From: Parasitella parasitica NRRL 2501
Lineage: Eukaryota > Fungi > Mucoromycota
Direction of reading: 5' to 3'
Assembly (NCBI GenBank): GCA_025201805.1
Contig: MU619248.1
Span: forward strand, 1-64,000
Length of the DNA: 64,000 bases
Part shown: one piece after another, positions 12,040 to 22,587 of the stretch
How the letters are laid out: every line of letters begins with the position of its first letter
Position numbering within the stretch: the first letter of the stretch is position 1
The notes under the pieces: model-generated
Seen by the model: the letters and a program-made list of their open reading frames with translations, nothing else
The model's database searches: none
Told to the model about the DNA's origin: nothing
Position numbers and translations under genes: made by a program

Positions 12040-12640
12040 ACATCACGAAACCACCTCACACCTTCCTCACCGCTACTCCAGCAACAAAGTCATCCAATAC
12101 ATTCATTCAAACCAGCTCTTCTTTTAACCTTTGGTCCTCTACAATCTATTACAGGTGGTACCTCGCTCTCACAACCAGGCACCTCCTATATCATCCGATC
12201 CATCGACTAATGTGTCCATTCTTCATTCGTTTCTGCAATCCATTCTTTCTACTAACTTTGTCCTTTCTGGTCATTTCTTTGTCCTAGCCAACAATTCTAT
12301 ACCACCATTTAAACTATTACCTCTTTGTTCTAACCGGCATTCTCTCTCCTCTTTTATCTCTTTTTCTAGATGGGCTGGTCTGTGGTCGTTACAAATTCCT
12401 TTGAATGCTCGCAATACTTGGTTCCGGATACTTCACGATAAGATTACAGCCCGCGAAAAGCTATACAAATACAACCCTGCGCTTTGTCCTCACTGTTATC
12501 GCCTCAGCTATCCTCGCTCTTCTTCTATCGAATCCTTTGCCCACTTCTTATTTTATTGTCCTCTCAAATATGAAGTGTGGTCTACTGCATTGGCGACATA
12601 CGTTTCTCCCCCTTCCCTCATTTCATCCAAAGAGAACTAA
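12040..12640 (+). mobile_element. Degenerate non-LTR retrotransposon (LINE) fragment, C-terminal zf-RVT region
   Basis: Translation WSLQIPLNARNTWFRILHDKI...CPHC...ESFAHFLFYCPLKYEVW matches the CxxC...H...C zf-RVT pattern of L1/Tx1-like ORF2. The region is C/T-rich, has no RT core and is frameshifted upstream. Confidence 0.75.
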
Positions 12641-13290
12641 CAACGATGAATTTGAAGTGTCAAATATCCAAGGTTCCAAGATCTACCATTCTTTGCTTGT
12701 ATATACCCTCAGGGTTAATCGTTTCACTCTGTTGTAAGCTTATGTATATGTATAAAAAATGATTCATTTGATAGCTAGAGTATTCTGGTACATACCGATA
12801 ACATTAGTACTTGATATTTATATAAATCAAGAAAGATTCTGTCCAATAATCTCAAATATGTTTTGTATAATACTTTTGTACAATACTTTTGTTGAAAGAT
12901 CTATTAAAAGCACTTTCATGTACTTTACATGATTGAATTACACCTATTTTACTTGTATCATTTACTGGAGCTTTTGATTTAAAACAAGGTCGACGACAAG
13001 GCAGTATCAAAATGTACGAAAATGGATAATAACTTATCGGGAGCGGCAAAAATAGACTCATCGCTCAGATAGCGATGATCATGCCTGTTTCACTGGCGAT
13101 TATATGCAATTTTTATTTGAAAATATGGTTTTCTGCTGCTAACTTTGAAGCAATGAAGACTAAAATGTATCATGTACGGTCCTCTTACATTTGTCCGAGT
13201 GTAATCATATTGGCTTTTTTTCTGAAAGTTGAAATGGATTTTACAAGTATATACATACAGCTTAAATTTATTTACATGGTAATGGATTCA

Positions 13291-13402
13291 TTAAAAGCCA
13301 TTTCGTAACCAACTTATAGCATCTTGTTCGGAAACAGCTGAGTAGTTGAATGCACTGGCAGAGAAAGAAGTCTGCGCAGGTAGTTTTTGTTGTTGCTGCT
13401 GC

Positions 13403-13439
<37 letters not shown>

Positions 13440-13948
13440 CCTGCTGTAATTGTTGTTGTAATTGTCGCTCGGCTTGCCGTTGTAGTGCTTGCTGCTGTAA
13501 TAATTGCTGCTGTAGTTGCTGCTGTAGTATTAGTTGCTGTTGCTGATACTGTTGCGCAGGGGGCTGTTGGGGATGTTGTTGCTGTAATACAGGTTTTTCT
13601 AGCAACGAGTTTTTTTTTTTTTATAAGCATTTAAACGCTATAAAACATTATATTGTCTCACCTGATGCTGCTGCTGCTGCTACCCTCTGCAAAGCTTCAG
13701 CCAAAGCATTTCTCTCTTTCTCTAATAGAATTTGATTTTCTTTATCGATTCGTTCTTGCTCAATTTGCCTCTCCTCTTCCTCTTTTTCCCTTTGTGTCTA
13801 CACAAGAATAGTTTATAAAATAGTTGTAAATAATTGCAGAGATTGCAGCACAACTAAAATACTCTACAACAAACTGACTTTTTTGCTGGTACTTTGCTAA
13901 GCGATCCTTCAGTTGGTTTATATTTTGCTTCCTGTCGATAGAGGCCAT
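13291..13948 (-). CDS. Gln-rich/coiled-coil hypothetical protein (3 exons; first junction out of phase as assembled)
   Basis: Exon pieces MASIDRKQ...KYQQK, TQREKEEEERQIEQE...AAAAAS and EKPVLQQQ...polyQ...WLRNGF*. The second intron (GTGAGA...CTAG) is in phase. Confidence 0.55.
13388..13439 (-). repeat. (CAA/CAG)n trinucleotide repeat encoding polyQ
   Basis: Run of TTG/CTG triplets on the plus strand. Confidence 0.9.
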
Positions 13949-14209
13949 TTGTTATCGAGCAATGAAAAAAAGACGATAAAAAAAAAATAGTAGATTGTAG
14001 GGGCGGCTAAAATAGTCTGTGTGTAAGCATTAGTGGCATAGAGCTGTCAATTGTACCTATGTCTCCGAGTTTATACTTTTTCATCCGTTGCGATTAGAAC
14101 AAGATTAAAGTTTTTTTTTAATGTTTCCGAGAAGCATTGTAGAAAAGAAAAGAAGCGTACAATGCTAAATTACATTTATCTTTTTCTTTATTATTCCTTG
14201 GGGAAAGCA

Positions 14210-16082
14210 ATGTTGAAATACTGGATTTATACTTTGGCCCTGTTTTACTGCATCCTTTTCGTGCATGCCACTGATTCAGGTAGACAAGACGAATTTTTAG
14301 AGTACAAATCATAAATTTTCATCCATTTATATAGAGGAAGAATGCGATGAAGACGACTGGGAGTGCTTGGAAGATTTTACTACATTATCGGCATCGTCAT
14401 TTATTACATCGAGCTCGTCTTCGTTTGGAGAGCCCTTATCTACGGTATCCGCAGCTGGTGCTCCAGACGTACTATCTGATTTCCACGAAGCAAAATTAGT
14501 TAAGCCGAAGCCTGATCCTAATAACCCTAGCGGAAGAGAGAGACAGCCAGGCAAAGAAGAGGCTGGGACAGTCCAAGATAAATACAACCAAGATCAAGAT
14601 ATCGATTCGGGATCAGCCGGCCTCGGCGACTCTATTGATGAATCGACAGCTACAGGTCTCAGCAAGGTGGAGGCAGGTGTTCTCAGCGCATGTGGCATAT
14701 TGGTTGTAGCTGGCATTGCTGTGGGTATCTTTGTTTGGAAGAACAATACCAAACGACGCAGTCTTCGACATCAGGATACATCGATGGCAGATCTTGAATA
14801 CAATCATGACTTGGACATGAATGGAGGTGATCCGATGATAGTAAAAGGCTCGACTGTACAAATACCAAGAGCAACCTTGCCGCAGCAGCATAAGCAGCAG
14901 ACGGACGACATTCAGTCGGTAAAATCCGCCGCCACTAGCAACTCTGAAAGTCTTGCTATTATTCAAAAGCAACTGCAGCAAGAGCTAGAGCAAGAAGAAC
15001 GTTTTCAGGTGCTACAGCCTAGAGAGCAGCCAGCTATTAATCTTACGTTACCAGCATTTGAGCGAGATGGAGACGACTTTTTTTCCACTTGGGTGCAGCG
15101 CAACAGTAAGCCCAGCAGCCAGAATGAAATATCACAGCAAATTTCCGAACAGCATGAAACAGCATTTCAAATGCCCAAGTTTGAGCATGCGCTATTTGTT
15201 GCACCCGAGGAGGCTGATCCCATAATTCCCGTCAAGAAGTCTAGAGCAGTGCAGCTCGTTTACAATAACTTGAAAAAAGCCGACGGCATCCAGTCCAACA
15301 GCATTGCAGCTGCTGCCGGTGTGGATACATCGTCCGCTTTCCATACGCCTCAAGTCGGAAAAGAGTATGAGATGGTCAGTTTATCGCCAGGCCAACAAGC
15401 CAATACAGCACCGCGACCCTCTGCACTCGATCCAGCCCATGATCCCACCGCAATCACATACCCCCTACAAAAGTTCTTAAACACCCCGACGACGCAAAGC
15501 TTCAAGTCTCCTGCACAAATCTCTGTTGAACTAGGACATGATGATCAAAACGATGATCAAGACGATGACCAAGTCGATGCCGTCAAAACAGTAGAAAATA
15601 AGCAAGATGCCTTTGGAGCTGTGTACACTGCTGAAAAGACTGGCGCTTCCTCTGTGCCGGATTTGGGGCAGCAGCTGAGCAAGATACTCCGCCACCCAGA
15701 CCAAACCAAGACAATACCGGCTGCCATGGTCGACATAGACTTGCATGAACATACCAGCAGATCAGCAGCACACATCAAAAAGGCCCACGATGAGCTCGAG
15801 TATGGTAAGCAGCCATTTTTGAGCCCACTTGATTTACCTGACGATCGATATATCCCAATGCGTGATGCGGCTGGGCCGCCTCTGATGTCTCGGGCTCAAA
15901 TACTAGCCGATCCTGTCCGCAGACTGGGTCAAGATGAGATTGCGCTCTGGGAGCAGAAATGCCGTAAAAAGGAGCTAAAGCGACTTTCTTGCGAAATGTG
16001 GGACGAACAAGTGCAGAGAGAAGAGGTTGAAGATATCGTGCGCTATTACGGCCAGCAAGAAGAACAGAAGGATATTCCGTGA
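14210..16082 (+). CDS. Type I single-pass membrane protein of unknown function (exons 14210-14279, 14335-16082)
   Basis: Signal peptide MLKYWIYTLALFYCILFVHA. An in-phase intron gives SEEECDEDDWECLED. Transmembrane segment GVLSACGILVVAGIAVGIFVW is followed by basic KNNTKRR and a long disordered tail. Confidence 0.75.
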
Positions 16083-16173
16083 TTGCTGTGCATTTTCCCT
16101 GTCGGGAGAGACAGAGTTTTATTTACATTGATTATTAGTACCGTATACGGGGAGCTTTTTTTTTTTCTGTCTC

Positions 16174-17661
16174 TTAATAAAATTCTTGTAAATCAAACAC
16201 GACAATAGTACCCCTCTCTGTTCCAAAGCACACAATCTCTTCTTGCGGCGAAACAGCTGACGCTACAATGGCGCTATCAAAGCCTCCTAGTGTGATGCAG
16301 CTCTTTGGAGATTTCAAGTCCCAAATCATTGCCGTTCGATCTCCTGAGGTCGTAATTATTTTCGAGTGTACGGTAGCTGGTGAAATGGACCAGATAGTGC
16401 CGCGATGGATGTTGGGCGCTGCGACGTAGGTTTTCTCTAAACCGGGTATCGAGCACAGTGTGATTGTGGCATCCTGTAACCCAGCATAAATGACGAGCGG
16501 TGGAATTTGGACAGGTCTTTTAGCGGCGAGGAGTGGGTTTGACCACAAAGAGGCTGCTGTTGCTTTGGTTCCATCGTACACAGCCATGGCAGTAACTGGT
16601 CCGTTTGTGCCCATGATGCTGTTGATGACCTGGGGGGTATCCTCTTGTATCGAGCTTTTCAGATCCCAAACAAAGATATTTCGATCGCTAGAGCCAGAAA
16701 TGATGTAGCCTGCCGTGTTATTTTTGATTGACGCGGTGTCTAATTCTGATTGACAGTACTCTAACGGGATTGATGCGCAAAATGCCAGTGATATGATTGT
16801 GTTTTCTTGACCGTGCAAGATGCGAAGACATGCGCTGTCCGCTGTATTCCAGATCCGAATGGTGCGATCTGTTGATCCACTGACGAGCAGCAATTTGCCG
16901 TCTGATGCAGCTGAGGGCGCAAATACGAGAGAAGTAACTGGACCTTCGTGTCCTTGCAGTAGATTCAGCTGTTTAAAGGTGACGATATCGTGGATAGCGA
17001 TTGTGGTATCTGAGGAGCCAGAGGCTAACAAGTGGTTATGACGAGTAAGACATGATACATGCTTTTTGTGAGCGTTTAGGCTAGTTACGTACTGATTAGA
17101 CTGAGCATTCCAGACGTGTATCGAACCATCCACATCTCCTGAAAACACACGGGTCAAATGAGCTGCTAACAGACTCAAGATCGGCCCTTTGTTGTAGTGC
17201 AGCTCGTATCTTTTGCTCTGAAATACTTTCCAGTTCCTTGTCACTGTCATTGATCGCTTGAATGCATTGAAAAAGACGAACGCTGTGCCATCCCCATCGG
17301 TTACAACGGTATCTGATGGTACGATGCTGCACTCGTGACATATAGGCTTCCATACACAATCATGGCTTACTTTTCTATTCCAGTCTTTTGACACTACGCG
17401 ATGGTTAAATACAGCAGTGCTGCTACAGATAGACTTACCCAATCTAAGTTGGCATAGCTCCTGCGGCGAAAAGTGCTGGAAGACTAAAAGGGCTGTGCTG
17501 ATGGGCAGTCTTTGAATAATGTCGCAAGACCCAATTTGCTCAAGAAATTTGATCAGTTCTCTGCGTTCGTAAGCGTTCAATGCGTCCCCAAGCTTTGCTT
17601 TGATTAGTTCTAGGTTTTTTGATCTGCATACTTTCTTGTTATTTTCTGGCGAATTCGACAT
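16174..17661 (-). CDS. F-box/WD40 repeat protein (45-nt intron at 17394-17438)
   Basis: F-box DIIQRLPISTALLVFQHFSPQELCQLRL|VSKDW; multiple GH...SGSxDxTIxIW repeats. Confidence 0.88.
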   Translation of the reverse strand: MSNSPENNKKVCRSKNLELIKAKLGDALNAYERRELIKFLEQIGSCDIIQRLPISTALLVFQHFSPQELCQLRLGKSICSSTAVFNHRVVSKDWNRKVSHDCVWKPICHECSIVPSDTVVTDGDGTAFVFFNAFKRSMTVTRNWKVFQSKRYELHYNKGPILSLLAAHLTRVFSGDVDGSIHVWNAQSNQYVTSLNAHKKHVSCLTRHNHLLASGSSDTTIAIHDIVTFKQLNLLQGHEGPVTSLVFAPSAASDGKLLLVSGSTDRTIRIWNTADSACLRILHGQENTIISLAFCASIPLEYCQSELDTASIKNNTAGYIISGSSDRNIFVWDLKSSIQEDTPQVINSIMGTNGPVTAMAVYDGTKATAASLWSNPLLAAKRPVQIPPLVIYAGLQDATITLCSIPGLEKTYVAAPNIHRGTIWSISPATVHSKIITTSGDRTAMIWDLKSPKSCITLGGFDSAIVASAVSPQEEIVCFGTERGTIVVFDLQEFY

Positions 17662-18036
17662 TTTCACATTATGATCAAGCATATAGAGAAGAAATTATCG
17701 CGAGGAGGGTTTTTTTTTTTTTTTTTTTTTTTCCACAAAAAAAAACACAGCCGTCTTTGTGCTGTTTTGTGCCACCAATTTGGTTTTGTTTTGTCAACAT
17801 TTCACCGTTTCTCAAATGCTACTCGAGTGCAACAGTTGTGGAAATTACACAACTAAACCAAACTTGCCGCAAACTTTAGATGCTCGCACTGCATTCCTTT
17901 TCTTTTTTGTGTAAATCCTCAAAGTAAATCGCAGCCTACAGGGCAAAAAACTGTGCTGTCGATATGCAAAAGCTGGCACAAACAGCATTCTCTTGAACTT
18001 GTGCTTTGCCTGCTTGACATTGGAGTGCCCATCCAC

Positions 18037-18085
18037 GGATGCTGGATGCTGGATGCTGGGTGCTGGATGCTGGATGCTGGATGCT
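18037..18085 (+). repeat. 7-bp minisatellite (GGATGCT)7
   Basis: Read directly, with one GGGTGCT variant. It lies in the divergent F-box/NDUFB10 promoter. Confidence 0.9.
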
Positions 18086-18255
18086 CCCTTTAGGCAGGTC
18101 GACGTCATGAATAACACCCTCCTCAGTCTATCCAAGCCCTCTTTCTTTCAAAAGCCCGTCTCTCCGGGGTAATTCCTTTACTTTATTTATCCAACATTCA
18201 GTATCTTGCTCCCTCTGATACGATATCTTACACCCCACTCTTTTAATTATATACA

Positions 18256-18732
18256 ATGTCTTCCACCACAGAGCCTTGGGAATATCCTGAACACAAGCAA
18301 TTTGAACGGTAAGATGGCACAAGCACACTACTAAATCCGTTTTATTGATAAATGTTTCTTTTTTTTTTAGCGTCCCTACATTGGACCAAGTTGACCCTAA
18401 CGACCGTAAAGGTGATTATTATTTTGATGCCCTCGTAACATGCACAAATGAGTTTTAACGAAACGCCCTTGTAACAGCCATCTATGCTGCTCGCAATCAA
18501 AAAATCCGTGATGACTGGGTCAAGGCTATGGAGGCCCGTATCATCAAAGAGAAATTAGACGAATGCTATAGAACTGAAGGTGTCAACCACTGTAAGCAGA
18601 TTTCCTCCCTACTCACTATCCATGTTTTACTGATGATTCCATAATTTAGACAAGAGCTGTCGTGATTTAGCTGACATGTACCTTGCATCCATCAAGACAC
18701 ACAGAGTAGAGGGATTTCGCAAGAACGCATAA
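18256..18732 (+). CDS. NDUFB10: NADH:ubiquinone oxidoreductase accessory subunit NDUFB10/NIDM (4 exons: 18256-18308, 18371-18411, 18478-18591, 18650-18732)
   Basis: Spliced protein ...ARNQKIRDDWVKAMEARIIKEKLDECYRTEGVNHYKSCRDLADMYL... contains the family motif CYRxEGVNHxxxC. It is absent from the ORF track. Confidence 0.9.
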
Positions 18733-20202
18733 TTTATATTTCGAATAACTATTACATCCAACAATCCACCAGCAATAAAACGCAGTTATTAGCGACAATA
18801 CACACTGATTGAGCCGACCATTCGCTATATATACATATATATGGGGCTCTGTTTGATGAAAAAGGCTGTTATGGCTTGATGGGTGCACAATGTATGCGGA
18901 GCGTGCTCCAATGCTTAGGCCATTTCATGGCATTAGAAATGAATCTAATGGCAAGCGTGCTACAAATGCTTGATATAGTAGCGTTGGTCTATTCTTTACT
19001 ACGGGAAGGGCGATTTACACTTTACTGATGAAATCATAAAGAAATATCAATGTTAGATACTGCCTTGATTAGAGCAGACCATGCCCGGTTACTCTTGTCT
19101 TCCCCGCATAGCCTCTAGCTTTGCAATTACGACAAATATCAAATGCTTTCAACAAATGTACTGAGGCATGAAAAGACATTATTCATTTTGGATGTCTTTT
19201 GTTCACAGAATGACAAAATTATCAAAGCAACAACTTTTTTCTTCTTCTTCTTCGATTTTCATATAGTAGCTTGCTGTTTCATTTTTCTTTTTCCATGTAT
19301 CATTCAAAGCCAAACAGTCTCTCTAAAATATGGATCATTTCCTGTAGAACTTGTGTCTGTTGAATAATACGAGTCTTTTTTTCTTTCTTTTTTTTTTTTC
19401 AAACAAGGTATGCGAATGGCACGATTAGAATTGAGAATAGATTGTTAGTGGCTCCGGTGTGTCAAGATTTCTAAATTCCAGAAATTTTAGTAACTGAATT
19501 TTCGTTTTTTTAGCCCAATAATAATTTTAAAGCATCTTACAATAATAAAGAAAAATCATTATAACTAATCAAAGTGTATAAAAGTATGTATACTTTTTTT
19601 CAATTTGTGCGTATTTTTTAAACTAGAGCATAGACTAAACTATAAACATGGTCTTAAAATTAAGTGTTTTTTTTTTTTTTCATAAAGGACTTTGATGTTT
19701 TGTACATTGCACGGTTTGAAAAGCAGGTTTGAATCGTGTAATTCATTGCGTCAAAGCCTCCCTGAACAATTAATACTCTAAGCCAATCTTTTATATAATA
19801 GATGTGTCATAGGTATATGCAACGTTGGATTCATCGTTACGCATTTATGAATCGGACCCACCAAAGAAGCAAGGGGTAGTCAGTTTATATCGTCAACCTT
19901 TTAATTATCCTTTTTCTGCATTGTACATCATGACCCCAAGTCAAAATACATGCTGAACTCACGATGGCATTGTACGCAGAATATATATGTATTTTTTTTT
20001 TTTTCTTGAATATAATTCTGCATCGGCTGATATTTCTTAGATGTAATATATGCATTTGAAGCAAACCATGACAGCATTTTGTCATGTATGATACCGCTAT
20101 GCATACAATTTTAAAGATCTAAAGCCTATAAAAGGGAGCAAATAACCCTTGAATGCCCCCCTTTAAACCACATAAATTCTGCTCTTTTTCAGTATACATA
20201 CA

Positions 20203-22560
20203 ATGCTACCTGCTTTACCGACAATGCATTTATTGTTTTGCCTCATCGTCTGTGTTGGGTTTATTCATGCTTCACCTTTACACAAAAGCAGGACTGTCCA
20301 GATAAACATAGAGCACTGGCTCAACAATAGAGCATTTGGAGCCAACGGTGATTTTGATGGTGTGGGGACGTACTTTGAGCAAAATCCATTACACAAGCCA
20401 GAGTTATTAGTGGACTACAGGAGTTTTGCATCCCAAAAAGCGTCCTCGAGTGACAACATTCAGCAATCAAACACAAATGACACGGTCATTCCACTAAACC
20501 AAGCTGCAGCAAAAAATGTGACATTGGGTGCGTTGTATATGCTTGTGTCGTCGAGTCATGGACCATGCACAGTCGACGTGGCCGTCACCTACAATGATGC
20601 TACTACAGATGAAACAACCTTGAGCTTGCCCGACTGGCAGGACCAGCATACAAGTCAGATGGAGCGTTATCAGGCTATTCAGTATCGCCTGTCAAATGGG
20701 GGCCAAGGCGCTCTGTTCAGTGTGCCTATCTACGTCGATCCTAGCAAGGTGCCTGTGTCTATCACTCTTCCGCCAACAGACCGCGAGGCTGCTGTCCATG
20801 TTTTTGCTATTACAGGCTACAATTCTCAGCCATCATCATCATCATCGTCTTTGTTAGTTTCAAGCGTCAGGCCCACAAACGAATGGATAAATGGTCAGCA
20901 TCAGGTCGTACAGGTCAATTTGCATAATTTGAATTCCAAATGGGCACAGGATACACAAGTGCACGTGAGCAGTGAGCAGGTCAGAACGGTTGAACCTGGA
21001 CACGTTAGAGCAATAGCACCTGGCCATGTCCATACAGTGCGTGTAATCGTGCAAGCTCATCTTGCCGTCTCAAACAGACCAGTCTCGGTATCATGTTCAT
21101 TTAGCGGACGCAGACTCATGAAAACCACTGTACCGTTGTCACTGCGGCAGACAAGTCAGTTCCACGCTACATCCGCCTCAGTGCAGCAGCACAGGTCGCC
21201 ATATTGGCTCAAACAATCCAAGTTTGGGATCTTTATTCATTGGGGGCTTTATTCGGTGCCGTCATGGGCTCCTGTAGGCGAATCGTATGCAGAGTGGTAC
21301 TGGTGGCGCATGAACCATATGGATGACCCAGCCTATAAGTATCATCGCAAACGCTATGGGGACAATTTTGAATACGATGATTTTTCAGCGCACTGGAAGC
21401 CTGTACATTTCGATCCTCGCAGCTGGCTTCGCCTTGTCAATAAATCCAGGGCAAAGTACTTTGTGTTCACGACAAAGCACCATGACGGAATAGCCCTCTT
21501 CAATACGAATGTCACGGACAGGTCTACGATGCATCTACTGCAGACAAAACGAGACTTTGTTAAAGAATTGATGGATGTAGCAGAAAGGGAGTACCCTCAA
21601 TTGAAGCGCGGACTATACTGTAGGTTTATATACGTATATAATAGTCTCGTCATATATAACTTTGACTAATACGTAACAGTTTCTTTGCCGGAATGGTATC
21701 ATCCCCAGTACAAGGACGACTCGCTCGGATGGCATGGGCCCCCTTTGAATCCCTACACAGGACAGCAAGTTAAATACACTGGAAGCAGAGCCATTACTGA
21801 TTTTGTGAATGAACTCCAAGTGCCCCAGTTTCAGGAACTAGTAGGATACAAGCCAGACATCTTATGGTGCGACATTGGTGGCATTCACAATTCAAGCGTG
21901 TGGCAATCCAGCTACTTTAACCAAGCACTCCAATCGGGGAAACAAGTGGCTGTGAACGATCGATGTGGCGATGCCAGCGCATCTGATTTTACGACAGTAG
22001 AATACAAAGCTGTTGTAGACACACCTACTCGTTTCTGGGAAGCTACAAGAGGCATGGATCCGTACTCTTTTGGTTATAATAGAGAAACCACGCCTGAGGC
22101 TTATGCCAGCGCTTCTGATTTAATACAAGATTTGGTAGACGCAGTTTCTCGCGGCGGCAACTTTCTGTTGAACATCGGACCCAAGGCATCGGGCCAAGTG
22201 CCACAGCCCATGATCGATAGATTGACTACTATCGGGAGTTGGCTGGATGCTGTTGGCGAAAGTATTTTTGACACTGTGCCTTACTGGATCACGTCTGCAA
22301 GGGGCCAGTTGAGATTTACGGCGAGCCAAGATGGCAGATCAGTGTATGTGTTTTCATTCAAGAAAAGACTTGAAGGACGCCAAACTCTGAGAGTTGCTAC
22401 GCCACTGCCCATCCAGCGTAACGCTACTATAACACTGTTGAATAACATTCATAATACCGCTGTTGAGTGGCAATACAACAGTATAGGAAATGTAGTGATA
22501 GAGTTTGATGCACCGACAAATGTCTCAAATGCGCTTGTATTTAAAATTACTTTGTTCTAG
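20203..22560 (+). CDS. Secreted alpha-L-fucosidase, GH29 (intron 21620-21679)
   Basis: Signal peptide; KFGIFIHWGLYSVPSW, YAEWY, FTTKHHDG, KPDILWCD (nucleophile), VNDR, WEATRG, VSRGGNFLLNIGP. Confidence 0.93.
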
Positions 22561-22587
22561 ATAGAATACATAAACACATGCTATTAT

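Noticed and set aside
13346-13634. Poly-Cys and poly-Val ORFs
   Set aside because: They are antisense readings of the CAA/CAG polyQ repeat.
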